Assembly: GCA_918797485.1 (NCBI GenBank)
Contig: CAKKNE010000001.1
Coordinates: 2,852,001 to 2,916,000, forward strand
Direction of reading: 5' to 3'
From: Pelagomonas calceolata
Lineage: Eukaryota
Length of the DNA: 64,000 nt
Shown here: piece by piece, positions 39,059-49,918 of the stretch
How the letters are laid out: each line of letters opens with the position of its first letter
How positions within the stretch are numbered: the stretch's first letter is position 1
Program-made: the position numbers and the translations under genes
The notes under the pieces: model-generated
Database searches by the model: none
The model's input: the letters and a program-made list of their open reading frames with translations, nothing else
Told to the model about the DNA's origin: nothing

Positions 39059-41446
39059 TCACTCGCAGGCCACGCGTTTGGCCCTCTTGTTGTCGACGGT
39101 CGCTGACTCGGCCACGAACAGCTCCCGCTTCTGGGCGCGGCGCGCGGTGCGCCGCGCCAGCATCGTTGGTTCCGGCGGCGCGTCCTCCTCCCCCTCCTCC
39201 TCCCGCTCCGAGGACACGGCGTCGCGGTCGAGGTCGTAGCCGATCATGGCCGGGCACTTCACGACGCGCAGGAAGCCCTTCTTGTAGTTGTGCAGCACGT
39301 CGCTCTTGCTGCCGCCCAGCGCGATGACGTCCGCTCCGCACTTGGCCTTCTTGTAGGCCTCGTAGCGCGTGTAGCTCGCCGACTCCGGGCGATTCGGGTT
39401 CGCCTGGGCGAACGCGATCTCGAAGCACGCGTTGACGAGCAGCATCTCCGCGACGACTTTGGGCGCGGCGCCATCCAGCAGCCACCGCACGCTCTCGGCA
39501 TGTTCCTCCCCCTCGTTGCCCACGGCGGCTGCCGCGGGCGGAGTCTCCTCCTCGGGCGCGGACGCGGCTTGGGGAGGGGGCGCGGGCGCGTCGCCGACCG
39601 CCACGCGCACGTCGGCCGCAGCGACAGTGTTGAACACGTCGGGCTCGTCGACCCACTCGACGTCGTAGGTCCCGTCGTCGTTCACCCGGTCGATGACGGC
39701 GCGGGACCACTGCCAGCCCCACTTCGCCTCGACGCGCGCGCCGACCGCAAAGGCTGGCAGCGCCGCTGCATCCGCCGCGGTTGCCTCCTCGCGCGCGGGG
39801 GGCGTCTTTCTCTTGGGCGGCGTCGCGGGCGCGGCCGCCACCGCCACCGCCACCGCCGCAGCCTTCGCCTGCCGCCAACCCGGCGGCGGTTCTGCCGCCC
39901 GTTGTACGGGCTGCAGCATCGGCGGCGCCGCGCGCGGCGGCCCCAGAATTGTCGCGCGCATCAGGTCCAGTGCGGAGGGCCGCGGCAGGTTTGTGCTCTT
40001 GAACCGCTTTTTGGGGCCGCGCGGCGGTACCGGCCGCGGCGCCGGCGCCGGCCACCGCCGCGGGATCGTCGCCGCCCCGACCCGGGTCACCTTGAGCGCG
40101 TCCTTCTTCTTCTTTTTCGGCACCGTGCGTTGCCGCGGCGCGGGCGCGGGCGAGGGCGCCGGCGCGCGCCGCTGCGCGGACAGCGCGTCGTCGTCGTCGC
40201 CGATTGATGCCGCGAACGACGAGAAGTCGTCATCACTAATAACACGGCGCTTCTTTGGCAGCACGGCCTCGCTGAGCTCCGCTGCTTGGCGCGCCGCCTT
40301 GGCCTTGAGGCGTCTCCTGTGTTCTTCGATCCAGCCCTGGACCTCGTCGACGGCCGAGTACTCGCAATCATCAATAGTGCCCTTGTCGCCAAACTTCGCG
40401 TCATGGTAGAAACAGACCGGCTCATCGTGCTCGGCGTCGAAGCTGACCTTTAGGACGCGCCACCGCTCGCCGTCGTCGACAAATTCTACACCCTTGAGTT
40501 GGGTGTTCAGTCTCGCGATGAGTCTCTCGTCGTACTCAACGCCGTTTTCCGGGATTTCTGGGTGATCGGTTGCCTCGAAGGCTGCCGCGGCCATGAAGTC
40601 GTCGTTCTCTCTCTCAAATAGGTCGTCCGGCGCGACCGGTTGCTTGTCGTCGTCGTCGTTGCTCGCAGCGGGCGGCGCCGATGGCGCTGCGGGCGGCGCC
40701 GCCGCCGCGGGCGGCGCGGCGGCCTCGCTGAGGCTGGCGAACTTGGCCAGCTTCTTCTTCTTCTTCTTCTTCTTCTTCTTCTTCCTCTTGGGGTGCGCTG
40801 GCTCGGCCAGAACGGCAGCCGGCGGTAGTGCAGCTGGCGCAGGTACGTCGCCGACCACCGCGCGCACGTCGGCCGACGCGACAGTGTTGAACACGTCGGG
40901 CTCGTCGACCCACTCGACGTCGTAGGTCCCGTCGTCGTTCACCCGGTCGATGACGGCGCGGGACCACTGCCAGCCCCACTTCGCCTCGACGCGCGCGCCG
41001 ACCGCAAAGGCTGGCAGCGCCGCTGCATCCGCCGCGGTTGGCTCCTCGCGCGCGGGGGGCGTCTTTCTCTTGGGCGGCGTCGCGGGCGCGGCCGCCACCG
41101 CCGCCGCCGAAGCCGCAGCCTTTGCCTCCCTCTTGCGCGCCTTTTTCACCGCGGACTTTGACTTGATCTTCTTCTTGTGTTTGCCCGTCCTGGTCTTCTT
41201 CGGGGCGAGTTCCAGCACGCCGCCCAGTGACGACCTCGCGGAGTCCAAGACGGCCGCGGCCGCGCCCGCGACCGCGCCGCCCACCTTCTCGGCGAGCTCC
41301 TTAGTCGTTGACTGCATCTCCGCGAGGACGGCGTCCGGCGGCCCGTCGTCGGCCGTCATCACGCTCATCAGGCTCAGGCCTAAGAGACCGGCACCTACAG
41401 CCAGCGATGCTTTGCCGATCGTCAATCTCGTTCCTTTGACCGACAT
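39059..41446 (-). CDS. Protein with an N-terminal hydrophobic anchor, Lys-rich tracts, two Tudor/Agenet-like domains and a C-terminal NPxRP-RYE-YK domain
   Basis: FAVGARVEAKWGWQWSRAVIDRVNDDGTYDVEWVD occurs twice; likely start MSVKGTRL. Confidence 0.7.
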   Translation of the reverse strand: MSVKGTRLTIGKASLAVGAGLLGLSLMSVMTADDGPPDAVLAEMQSTTKELAEKVGGAVAGAAAAVLDSARSSLGGVLELAPKKTRTGKHKKKIKSKSAVKKARKREAKAAASAAAVAAAPATPPKRKTPPAREEPTAADAAALPAFAVGARVEAKWGWQWSRAVIDRVNDDGTYDVEWVDEPDVFNTVASADVRAVVGDVPAPAALPPAAVLAEPAHPKRKKKKKKKKKKKLAKFASLSEAAAPPAAAAPPAAPSAPPAASNDDDDKQPVAPDDLFERENDDFMAAAAFEATDHPEIPENGVEYDERLIARLNTQLKGVEFVDDGERWRVLKVSFDAEHDEPVCFYHDAKFGDKGTIDDCEYSAVDEVQGWIEEHRRRLKAKAARQAAELSEAVLPKKRRVISDDDFSSFAASIGDDDDALSAQRRAPAPSPAPAPRQRTVPKKKKKDALKVTRVGAATIPRRWPAPAPRPVPPRGPKKRFKSTNLPRPSALDLMRATILGPPRAAPPMLQPVQRAAEPPPGWRQAKAAAVAVAVAAAPATPPKRKTPPAREEATAADAAALPAFAVGARVEAKWGWQWSRAVIDRVNDDGTYDVEWVDEPDVFNTVAAADVRVAVGDAPAPPPQAASAPEEETPPAAAAVGNEGEEHAESVRWLLDGAAPKVVAEMLLVNACFEIAFAQANPNRPESASYTRYEAYKKAKCGADVIALGGSKSDVLHNYKKGFLRVVKCPAMIGYDLDRDAVSSEREEEGEEDAPPEPTMLARRTARRAQKRELFVAESATVDNKRAKRVACE

Positions 41447-41683
41447 GGGATGCCGCTCGAAGCCGTTTGATGTGGTGCTGAGAGCTGGGGCAGCCCGCGC
41501 GAAGTTCTGTCGCCTCTCTAAGCGCGCTCCCCAAAAGAGTAATTTGCGCGGCTCCATTTGAATGAATTAAAAAAAAAAAAATTCAAATTACTCTTTTGGG
41601 GAGCGCGCTTAGAGAGGCGACAGAACTTCGCGCGGGCTGCCCCAGCTCTCAGCACCACATCAAACGGCTTCGAGCGGCATCCC

Positions 41684-42577
41684 ATGTCGGTCAAAGGAAC
41701 GAGATTGACGATCGGCAAAGCATCGCTGGCTGTAGGTGCCGGTCTCTTAGGCCTGAGCCTGATGAGCGTGATGACGGCCGACGACGGGCCGCCGGACGCC
41801 GTCCTCGCGGAGATGCAGTCAACGACTAAGGAGCTCGCCGAGAAGGTGGGCGGCGCGGTCGCGGGAGCAGGCGCGGCCGTCTTGGACTCCGCGAGGTCGT
41901 CACTGGGCGGCGTGCTGGAACTCGCCCCGAAGAAGACTAGGATAGGCAAACACAAGAAGAAGATCAAGTCAAAGTCCGCGGTGAAAAAGGCGCGCAAGAG
42001 GGAGGCAAAGGCTGCGGCTTCGGCGGCGGCGGTGGCGGCCGCGGCCGCGACGCCGCCCAAGAGAAAGACGCCCCCCGCGCGCGAGGGGGAGGCCCCGCCC
42101 GCGGCGGCCGCCGTGGGCAACGAGGGGGAGGAACATGTCGAGAGCGTGCGGGGGCTGCTGGATGGCGCCGCGCCCAAAGTCGTCGCGGAGATGCTGCTCG
42201 TCAACGCGTGCTTCGAGATCGCGTTCGCCCAGGCGAACCCGAATCGCCCGGAGTCGGCGAGCTACACGCGCTACGAGGCCTACAAGAAGGCCAAGTGCGG
42301 AGCGGACGTCATCGCGCTGGGCGGCAGCAAGAGCGACGTGCTGCACAACTACAAGAAGGGCTTCCTGCGCGTCGTGAAGTGCCCGGCCATGATCGGCTAC
42401 GACCTCGACCGCGACGCCGTGTCCTCGGAGCGGGAGGAGGAGGGGGAGGAGGACGCGCCGCCGGAACCAACGATGCTGGCGCGGCGCACCGCGCGCCGCG
42501 CCCAGAAGCGGGAGCTGTTCGTGGCCGAGTCAGCGACCGTCGACAACAAGAGGGCCAAACGCGTGGCCTGCGAGTGA
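41684..42577 (+). CDS. Inverted, internally deleted paralog of 39059-41446 (Tudor domains lost, frame kept)
   Basis: Near-identical to the reverse complement of 41050-41546 and about 39025-39545. Confidence 0.7.
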   Translation: MSVKGTRLTIGKASLAVGAGLLGLSLMSVMTADDGPPDAVLAEMQSTTKELAEKVGGAVAGAGAAVLDSARSSLGGVLELAPKKTRIGKHKKKIKSKSAVKKARKREAKAAASAAAVAAAAATPPKRKTPPAREGEAPPAAAAVGNEGEEHVESVRGLLDGAAPKVVAEMLLVNACFEIAFAQANPNRPESASYTRYEAYKKAKCGADVIALGGSKSDVLHNYKKGFLRVVKCPAMIGYDLDRDAVSSEREEEGEEDAPPEPTMLARRTARRAQKRELFVAESATVDNKRAKRVACE

Positions 42578-42980
42578 GTGCCACTCCCACCGGGCGAATC
42601 CCCTTCTTCCCCACCGCCGACTGAAGTAATTCTAGAGTTACTTCAGTAAGACCCCCTACTACTAGGGTTACTTTGGATCATACTAGCGCGATATACTTAC
42701 CTCGCCTGGATCGAGCCATTAAGACCGTGGCGTTGTTGTTGGAAAGCGCGCCCGTCGACGTATATTAACCAGACTTAATTTCAGCAGAAGTCCAAAGTGA
42801 AACGTGAAATCATTTGATGATGTGGTTGTTTAAAATGCATTCGTGTGTGCGTGGTACCTCCACAATGACTCCCCTCAAGTGTTCCACGAATTCACTGCTA
42901 GTACTTCTGCTGGGTTCTTCCCGGAGCTTTTGGACGTCGAACATAGCGGCCAAGTAGCTCCAGCGGGAGGAAGTACTTAG

Positions 42981-44066
42981 TCACGATTCACCCACGACGG
43001 ATTGTAGTCTAGAATACGCTTCCGATCGAAGTTGTGCTATTATGGCGCGCTCGGACATGCGTATATGATCGTCGTCGAGCTCGCGTGTGCAGAAGTAGTC
43101 TGCGCGCGTATCGTCAGAGCACCAGGCGACGCGGACGCAGCCCCGGACCATGTCCACCGACGTCAGCTCTTGTTCGAAAGAGACTGCCTCGGCGAGCTCT
43201 CGCTCGTGATCGAAGGCTGGGTGGAGACCATCGAGGTCTGCCGTGGACAAAGGCGCGTCCTGGAGCTCAACGAGCATGGCCCGCGTATACATGTAGGTAA
43301 ACACCAACTTCAGATCGACGTCGGCGTTGGCGTTGGCATCATCTAAGGGTTCATCGTAGTACATTTCTTGGACCGCGACGACGTACTCGTCTAGGGTGAC
43401 CTCACCGTTTTCTTCACCGGCGACCACTCGAATTTTTGGCATTACGCAGCCGTCGGCGTCGTCGATGCCCATGCTGTCCAAAATGAAGGGCTCGAAACCG
43501 GGAACCGTCACGGTTGCCTTCCGACAGAAGATCCGTTTGAAGCCGCGCTCAACCGGAGGCAAAACAAAGCACGGGTGGACCGGCTCGGAGGTTTCGTCCT
43601 GGTCTTCCGTGGACCATGATAAAGCGTCCATTAAAGGCGCCTCGACGCCCATCGTCGTCCGCGTGCCGATACCGCCTATATGTAGAGATTGAGGTGGCCT
43701 CGTGGGCTCGGTCGTGGCGTCCGGCGCCTCGTCCTCCACCTGCGCCTCGACTGCCTTCTTTATCGTCGTCGTCGTCGTCGTCTTCTTCTTTTTCTTTTTC
43801 TTCTTCTTCTCAAGCACATGCTTCGCCATGGTCGTGGTTGACTCGGCTTTGGTTTTCGACTTGTATTTGCTCTTCTTGGCCTTTTTCGACTTGGGAGTGA
43901 GGCCCAGCATGCTCCCCAGCGATAGCCGTGCATTTTTGCCGGCATTTTCCCATGCATCGTCGCCGCTCATGCAGAGAATTGCGCCCAGGCACAACCCTGT
44001 TCCAGCCAAAGCCAATACGGCTTGGGCCTTAGACGGTCTGTTTTCTTTCATCGGGCGACTGGACAT
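42981..44066 (-). CDS. Protein with an N-terminal hydrophobic anchor, a Lys-rich tract and a C-terminal BAH-like domain
   Basis: YVVAVQEMYYD...LVFTYMYT...ERELAE...VDMVRGCVRV...DYFCTRELD follows the BAH motif order. Confidence 0.55.
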   Translation of the reverse strand: MSSRPMKENRPSKAQAVLALAGTGLCLGAILCMSGDDAWENAGKNARLSLGSMLGLTPKSKKAKKSKYKSKTKAESTTTMAKHVLEKKKKKKKKKTTTTTTIKKAVEAQVEDEAPDATTEPTRPPQSLHIGGIGTRTTMGVEAPLMDALSWSTEDQDETSEPVHPCFVLPPVERGFKRIFCRKATVTVPGFEPFILDSMGIDDADGCVMPKIRVVAGEENGEVTLDEYVVAVQEMYYDEPLDDANANADVDLKLVFTYMYTRAMLVELQDAPLSTADLDGLHPAFDHERELAEAVSFEQELTSVDMVRGCVRVAWCSDDTRADYFCTRELDDDHIRMSERAIIAQLRSEAYSRLQSVVGES

Positions 44067-44835
44067 GTCACTGCAGCCTGCGTGCGGAGAGAGCTGGACG
44101 AGCTGGGCTGCTTGGCGACAGCAACTCGGAAGCGCGAAGTTGGCTCGGACCTGTTGGGCTCCGCCGTCCCCGGACTCGTTTGAAACGCCGTGCGGGTTAT
44201 CTAGACCTACTAGGGTCGCTTATTACCCTTAGCTTAAAGTAGCTTTTACCGACACTAGCCCCTAGTAGGTTGTGCTTTGGAGGGCCGGTAGACCACCTTG
44301 CACCCACCCACACGGGCCACCCGGCTGGTGCTGGACGCGTCCAGACCCCTCAAGGCTCCCACCCAGCGGAGGGCCGTCCTGTGCCGGCTGTCGAGACGAA
44401 TGGAATTAAAAACATTAGCGCTCCAAAAAAGGCACTTGTAGCCCCCGCGATGACCGCGATCCGGTCACCCGCCGGCCAAGCCTGCTGGCGGACGTCTTGC
44501 GGGTCTTTTGAAGCCTCGGAATCGTAGGGTTGGTGGAGTAACATTCTCAATCTAAATTTGGCCGATTTGGGGCAAGACCCCCCCTAGCAGGTTCGGGCTT
44601 CAGGACGGCGCACTTCCGCACAAGGACGGATCCTTCCTGGGAGGGCTTCCCTACCGTTCGCCCCCGAGGTTTGCTAAAGTATTAAGTTCAAATCTGTGGA
44701 GCGCGGACTGCCCCAGCCCATAGAGGAGCGGCGCACTCGCAGCCGAGACCTCGCAAAGCGGCCACTCAGCCGAAACCCTCGCAGAAGCGGCTGCCCCAAC
44801 GTATAGCAGCGGCACACTCAGCCGAAACCCCCAAT

Positions 44836-45900
44836 ATGTCGAGCATCAGCAAGAACAAGTCGCTCAAGGCCGCGCTGGCCCTCGGCGGCGGCCTCGTGAC
44901 CGTCGGATTGATGGCTGCCATGATGAACGACGACGACGGACCGCCCGAGGACGTCGTCGACGGCGTGCAGTCGACGATGACCGGCCTCGTGGACAAGGCG
45001 GGCGGCGCGGTCGCGGCCATGGCCGCGTCCGTTGGCGACGCCGTCAAGGCGTCGCTCGGCGGCGTGCTGAAGAGCTCGGCGCCGCCAGCCGCGAAGAAGG
45101 CCAAGAAGAAGAAGACGGCGAAGACGAAGGCGGCGTCCAAGGCAAAGAAGGCGCGCAAAGCGGCGAAGGCTGCCAAAGCGGTGGCGGCGCCCGTGACGCC
45201 GCCGAAGGCGCCGCGCGCGGCGCCCACGCAGGAGGAGCCGGTCGTGGCGGCCGCGCCGCCGGCACCCGAGGCCGCGCCGCCCGCGGAGGCGCCCACGACG
45301 GCTCCGCCGGCCTTCGCGGTCGGCGCGCGCGTCGAGGCGCGGTGGGCCGGGACGTGGTACGGCGCCGTCGTCGATTCAACGCACGGGGACGGGAGCTACG
45401 AGCTCGAGTGGCTCGACGACCCCAACGTCTTCAACACCGTGGCGGCGGCCGACGTGCGCGCGGCGGCGGCCGACGAGCCCGCGCCGCCGCCGCCGCCGGA
45501 GGCCGAAGAGGAGGCGGCGGCCGCGCCCGAGGAGGAGGCGCCCGAGGCTGCGGCCGCGGCCGCGGCCGAGCAGCCCGCGGACGACGAGAGCTGCGAGGAG
45601 GCGGCCGACGTGCAGGGCCTGCTCGACGGCGCCGCGCAGCGCGTCATCGTCGACATGCTCCTCGCGAATGCGAGCCTTAAGATCGCGTTCGACCAGGAGA
45701 ACCCGAAGCGCCCGGACTCGGCGAGCTTCAAGCGCTACGAGGCCTACAAGGCGGCCACGTGCGGCGCCGACGTGCTGGCGTGGGGCGGTTCCAAGAGCGA
45801 CGTGCTCCACGACTACCGGAAGGGCTTCCTCCGCGTGACGCGCTGCCCGGTCATGGTCGCCTACGACCTCGACCGCGACGCAGACGTAGGGTTGAGTTAG
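44836..45900 (+). CDS. Anchor + Tudor + NPKRP-RYE-YK domain protein; diverged paralog of 39059-41446
   Basis: FAVGARVEARWAGTWYGAVVDSTHGDGSYELEWLD; IAFDQENPKRPDSASFKRYEAYK. Confidence 0.75.
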   Translation: MSSISKNKSLKAALALGGGLVTVGLMAAMMNDDDGPPEDVVDGVQSTMTGLVDKAGGAVAAMAASVGDAVKASLGGVLKSSAPPAAKKAKKKKTAKTKAASKAKKARKAAKAAKAVAAPVTPPKAPRAAPTQEEPVVAAAPPAPEAAPPAEAPTTAPPAFAVGARVEARWAGTWYGAVVDSTHGDGSYELEWLDDPNVFNTVAAADVRAAAADEPAPPPPPEAEEEAAAAPEEEAPEAAAAAAAEQPADDESCEEAADVQGLLDGAAQRVIVDMLLANASLKIAFDQENPKRPDSASFKRYEAYKAATCGADVLAWGGSKSDVLHDYRKGFLRVTRCPVMVAYDLDRDADVGLS

Positions 45901-45940
45901 GGTTGAGTTAAAACCGAGGGGCGGGGCCGAGGGCGCGGGC

Positions 45941-47400
45941 GTGGGCGCCGCGCCACCCGAGCGAGGATCCGTATGTCGCCAGGTCAGGCGCGAAATCGAC
46001 GGTCTCCCGCTCGTAGAACGCTCGCTTGTTGGCCGCTGCGCGCAGCCGCTTCGCCGCGGCTTGTATGCCGTCGCGGTGGGCGCGCAGCCGCTTCTTCTCC
46101 TTGCGGGCTGCCTTGCGTGCTTCGCGGTCCGGGGCTGCGTTGCTGATGAACTGGTGAGGACAGTTTTCACAACGCTGACGGGCCACGGGCACTTGCATTT
46201 TACATTTCGGGCACGTCTTCTTCGGGGTGCGGGCGGCCTTCTGGTTTCGTACTTCAACGTGGGTCAAATCTTGTAGAGTCATCATGAACACTATGTTTCA
46301 CAGATGTCCGCGCTACTCCGTGCGCTCCGTGCACTTGCGCCCTTTGCTGCTTGAAAATTTTCTAGACATTTTGGCGGCTCGCCGGCACCTCGCTGTTACA
46401 TACAGCAAATGTCGATCTCGACACCGTGCACGAATTGATCCCATGACACGTTGTCATTCTCCCTCGACGCCTATCCATCGAAGAGCTCCAAGACCGCGCC
46501 GCCGCTCACGCCCGACTGCTCGTGAGCCAATGAGCACTCGACGCGTCTTTCGTCCGCCGCATGCACTATTGGTTACGCGTGTGTCGCCGAACCAGAGCAA
46601 CGCAGCGCTCTTAATAGGTGCACGTGCCAAAAACTCGCAAGCCACGTCGGCTCGGCACCGGTCGCCAGGCGCGGCGCGCAGGCGGCGGCAGCGCCAAGCG
46701 CACGTTCCGCTTCCAACGTCCACAAACTCGCCAACGCAAAGTACGCCCGGCTTAAGCGCCCAGTTCTTGAGGACGCACCACCGCCGGGTGCGGCGCGGCA
46801 GCTTCTACGCCGCGGGCTTCTCGGGGATCAGGCGAGCACCGCTCGCGAGCGCCGCTACGCACGCCTTCGTCGCCGCTGCAGCGGGGCAGCGCGACGACGG
46901 CGCACGATGCCGCAGCGACCGCAGGTTTGACGGTTTTGACGTCGTCGTGCTCCGTCGCGGACGCCGCCGCAGCGCCGAGCTTTGACAGCGCGTGGCGCCA
47001 CGAGGCAGCAGATCGGGCGCAGACGGCGACGACTGCTCTTCTCTTGCGTAGCGTGTCGCAGTGGGTGCGCAGGGTGTACCAGCCGGAGCTCAGGAGGAAA
47101 ACCGATAGGTCGTTGTCGTCACCTGCTACTGCTATATGCATCCTACACGTATGCGAATCGCGTCCTCATGCTGCGCGCTGCGCGTGCGAGGTGCACGGGA
47201 TGAAGTGCGGCTGGTGTGCGTGCGACATGAGATGGTGCGGGTTAGTGTCGGCGGCAGTTTCGCGGCAAGGTGGGCTCGGATGGTTTTGAAAAGGTGCTCA
47301 TCGGAACGCGGGGAGCGAGAGAAACGTTTTTACGGGGACGGGAAGGGCGAGCGGCGAAGAACAGCGTTCTGACGAGCGGCGCAAAACAGCTTAAATGCTA
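45941..47400 (-). repeat. Palindrome-family repeat, copy A (about 1.46 kb; lacks the palindrome; contains truncated Zn-ribbon ORF 45908-46291)
   Basis: Direct repeat of 51797-53265. Confidence 0.9.
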
Positions 47401-47546
47401 CCGCGAGCTCGGCTCCGGCCCGCCGGTCCGCGTAGTGCATCGAGCCTCGCAGCGTTTTCTCACGTCGCACGCACTCCAAGCGGCTCGCCGACCCCTCCGC
47501 GACGGGGCCGCCACGGCTCTAGTAATCATAGTTTTGGATCATAGTC

Positions 47547-47939
47547 TTAAACGCGGGCAGCCTCCGTCGCGGCGGCCCCGGGCGGCCGTGCGGGCGCCGG
47601 CGAGGCGTCGGCCCGGATGCGGTCGACAGGCACGTCGGCCTCGCAATCACCGGTGTCAAAGGTCACGGTGTACTTGCGAACGCGCCGCGTTTTATTGGCC
47701 TGGGCCTGGCAGGCGACCTTATACGCGGACCCCCGGTCGTAACGTTTCGCCATGACCTGCACCTCATTGACGGCCGTGACGATCCCCGGCGACCACGCGG
47801 CGCCGAAGAGGGTGTCTTCCATCTCGCCCGTGTGCGGGTTGCGGAACCGCCTGACGTGCTGGAGCTTGACCGCCGCGACGCGGTTGCCGACCTTGAAGAA
47901 CTCCTGCGGCGGCGCCGGCTGCGACGATGAGCAGCCCAT
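47547..47939 (-). CDS. Small Tudor-like protein with an N-terminal acylation motif (MGCSSS)
   Basis: FKVGNRVAA...WSPGIVTAVN...YTVTFDTGDCEADVPVDRIR. Confidence 0.55.
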   Translation of the reverse strand: MGCSSSQPAPPQEFFKVGNRVAAVKLQHVRRFRNPHTGEMEDTLFGAAWSPGIVTAVNEVQVMAKRYDRGSAYKVACQAQANKTRRVRKYTVTFDTGDCEADVPVDRIRADASPAPARPPGAAATEAARV

Positions 47940-48355
47940 GATGCGACAGATCGGTGATCCACCACAGGCTGCCTTCCCAGAACCAGACCAAGGAGTTGCA
48001 AGGAGTTACCCCCACCACACTTTCATCAGTAGCAGCCCTTTGAGCACACAACTGGACGCAGCCTTGCCAAGCTGGCTGCCCACGGCTTCCCTACTCTGGC
48101 CAGACTCCGCGCGCGGCCGGTCTGGCTGATCCTGCTAGGCATCCCTAGTGTCTTTCTGCCGCTAACCCTATTATTTGTCACCCCCCCCAGGGGCTCCGCC
48201 CACTAGTTCTAGCACCGCGAGCTGGACCTTATAAGGTCCAGCTCGACAGATATAAAAAATCGAGTCGGTCAGGGTTAGGGTTAAATATCCACCAGGAAAT
48301 TACGTGAAGATGCCAAGGACGCGGTTTCCCCTTCATTCTTTTCGTGAGGTTGAGT

Positions 48356-49918
48356 CTAGCCGGGGGCAATTTTTTGGGCGGCACGCGCCGCTCCGATCAT
48401 GTCACGGTTCAGGTAGCACGAAACCAACGAGCGGACACGGAACCAGCCGGGATCATCACTTTCGTACCACGGCTCTGTTGCGCAGTGCGGCGCCGAAGGA
48501 TTAAACAAGAGTATGTCGCCCTGACGCAGCGAGACGTAGATTCCCTCGGGTCCACTGGCAGGAAAATAGAAACCGCTTCCACGCACGTTTTGGCCGTGTG
48601 CCCGGGACTGAGCACGTGCGCGCTTACGGGGCGGTCTCACCGTCTCGTCATTCGAACCCCACGCGCAAGCGACCATAAACGCAAGACCAGGATCATCGTC
48701 AACATGTGCTAAAATGGCACCGAGATCCAACCAGACGGCCGCCAGTAAGGGTACACTGGGGGCTTCCGTCCTGCCTTCGCCGAGCCAATCCTGCATGTTG
48801 AAGGCCAGCTTCGCCATTTCGTGCGGCAAAAGCTGGGCATAGAGGTAGGGTCGAGCTTCCTGGTATATTTTCTCCAAGGTGCATCGTAGCTCCTCGTTGA
48901 GGCGTGCGCGCCGCGCCGACGGCGCTGCTGGCTCGTAAAACAAATTCCTGACTGATGTTTTCCGGTCAAGGTGGGGTGGTGCGCGGTACCCGCTGTGCCA
49001 CGCCCGCTTGTAAACTCTGCTACGTGCCTTGGATTGTGCTTGCTTGGAACCGCTGAACTCGTCCACCTCATCAGCGGTCTCACTCGCGATGGCCGCGAGA
49101 ATGCGCGCTAGGTCGACGGAGGGTTTGGCGAACGGTCGAAACTCGCTGTTTAGCTTGCCACGGACTACGACGAAGTCGAGCTCGGCATCTGGTGTCGGCC
49201 CGGCGCAAATCGCATCAGCGCCCCGCCTGAAGTGTGAGTTTTTCGGGATGGGCCTGAGGGTCGTCTTTGTATAATCTTCCGGCCAGGTTACGCGTAAGCG
49301 CGTAATGTCGGCGAGGATGCGAAGGCGCATCGGAAACTTTTTTGCATTGAGCATGTGTCGCAACTCAGGATCACGGTCAAGAAGCGGACGCAAAATCTCC
49401 TCGCACTTTGCCGTAGTAACGCAGAGCGACGGTGGCGAACAACCTTTGCAAGCAAATTTGCAGACGGCCGCTGCAGCAGCCTTGTCTAGCGCGTGCTCGA
49501 GGTGCTCCCGCACCTCGGGGCGCGCCATGTCCGGCGCGGTGGTCCAAAAATTACCAGTGTGGCCTCGTTGTCCCGTCCTGCCGTTTGCATCGATTCGCAG
49601 CTGCGAGCCCGCATGATTCCCCCCCACGCTGCTCCTGCTCGGCAGGTGGCATGCTCCCTTGAGCCGCGCTAGCTGATCCTCTCGCGCACGCTCCCCAAAC
49701 AGCGAGCCGTCGCGTACGACTGCGGCAACGATTTGCGCCCAGGCGAGGGCAAATTTCTTCCCATCACCTAGTTTTCTCCGCTCGAGATGCTCCTGCGCGC
49801 GCAGATCCTCCAGTGTTGCGGCCGCATCATGGAAACCACTCCGACGTAGCACCTCGAGAAGATCTCCCTGCAGTGTTCTCTTGTCACAGGGCAGCTTTGC
49901 GTCGTCGGAAGATGCCAT
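48356..49918 (-). CDS. 2OG-Fe(II) dioxygenase, TET/JBP-like
   Basis: AHVDDD (HxD), GSGFYFP, LRQGDILLFNPSAPHCAT (distal His) and RVRSLVSCY, in the order typical of the TET/JBP double-stranded beta-helix. Confidence 0.7.
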   Translation of the reverse strand: MASSDDAKLPCDKRTLQGDLLEVLRRSGFHDAAATLEDLRAQEHLERRKLGDGKKFALAWAQIVAAVVRDGSLFGERAREDQLARLKGACHLPSRSSVGGNHAGSQLRIDANGRTGQRGHTGNFWTTAPDMARPEVREHLEHALDKAAAAAVCKFACKGCSPPSLCVTTAKCEEILRPLLDRDPELRHMLNAKKFPMRLRILADITRLRVTWPEDYTKTTLRPIPKNSHFRRGADAICAGPTPDAELDFVVVRGKLNSEFRPFAKPSVDLARILAAIASETADEVDEFSGSKQAQSKARSRVYKRAWHSGYRAPPHLDRKTSVRNLFYEPAAPSARRARLNEELRCTLEKIYQEARPYLYAQLLPHEMAKLAFNMQDWLGEGRTEAPSVPLLAAVWLDLGAILAHVDDDPGLAFMVACAWGSNDETVRPPRKRARAQSRAHGQNVRGSGFYFPASGPEGIYVSLRQGDILLFNPSAPHCATEPWYESDDPGWFRVRSLVSCYLNRDMIGAARAAQKIAPG

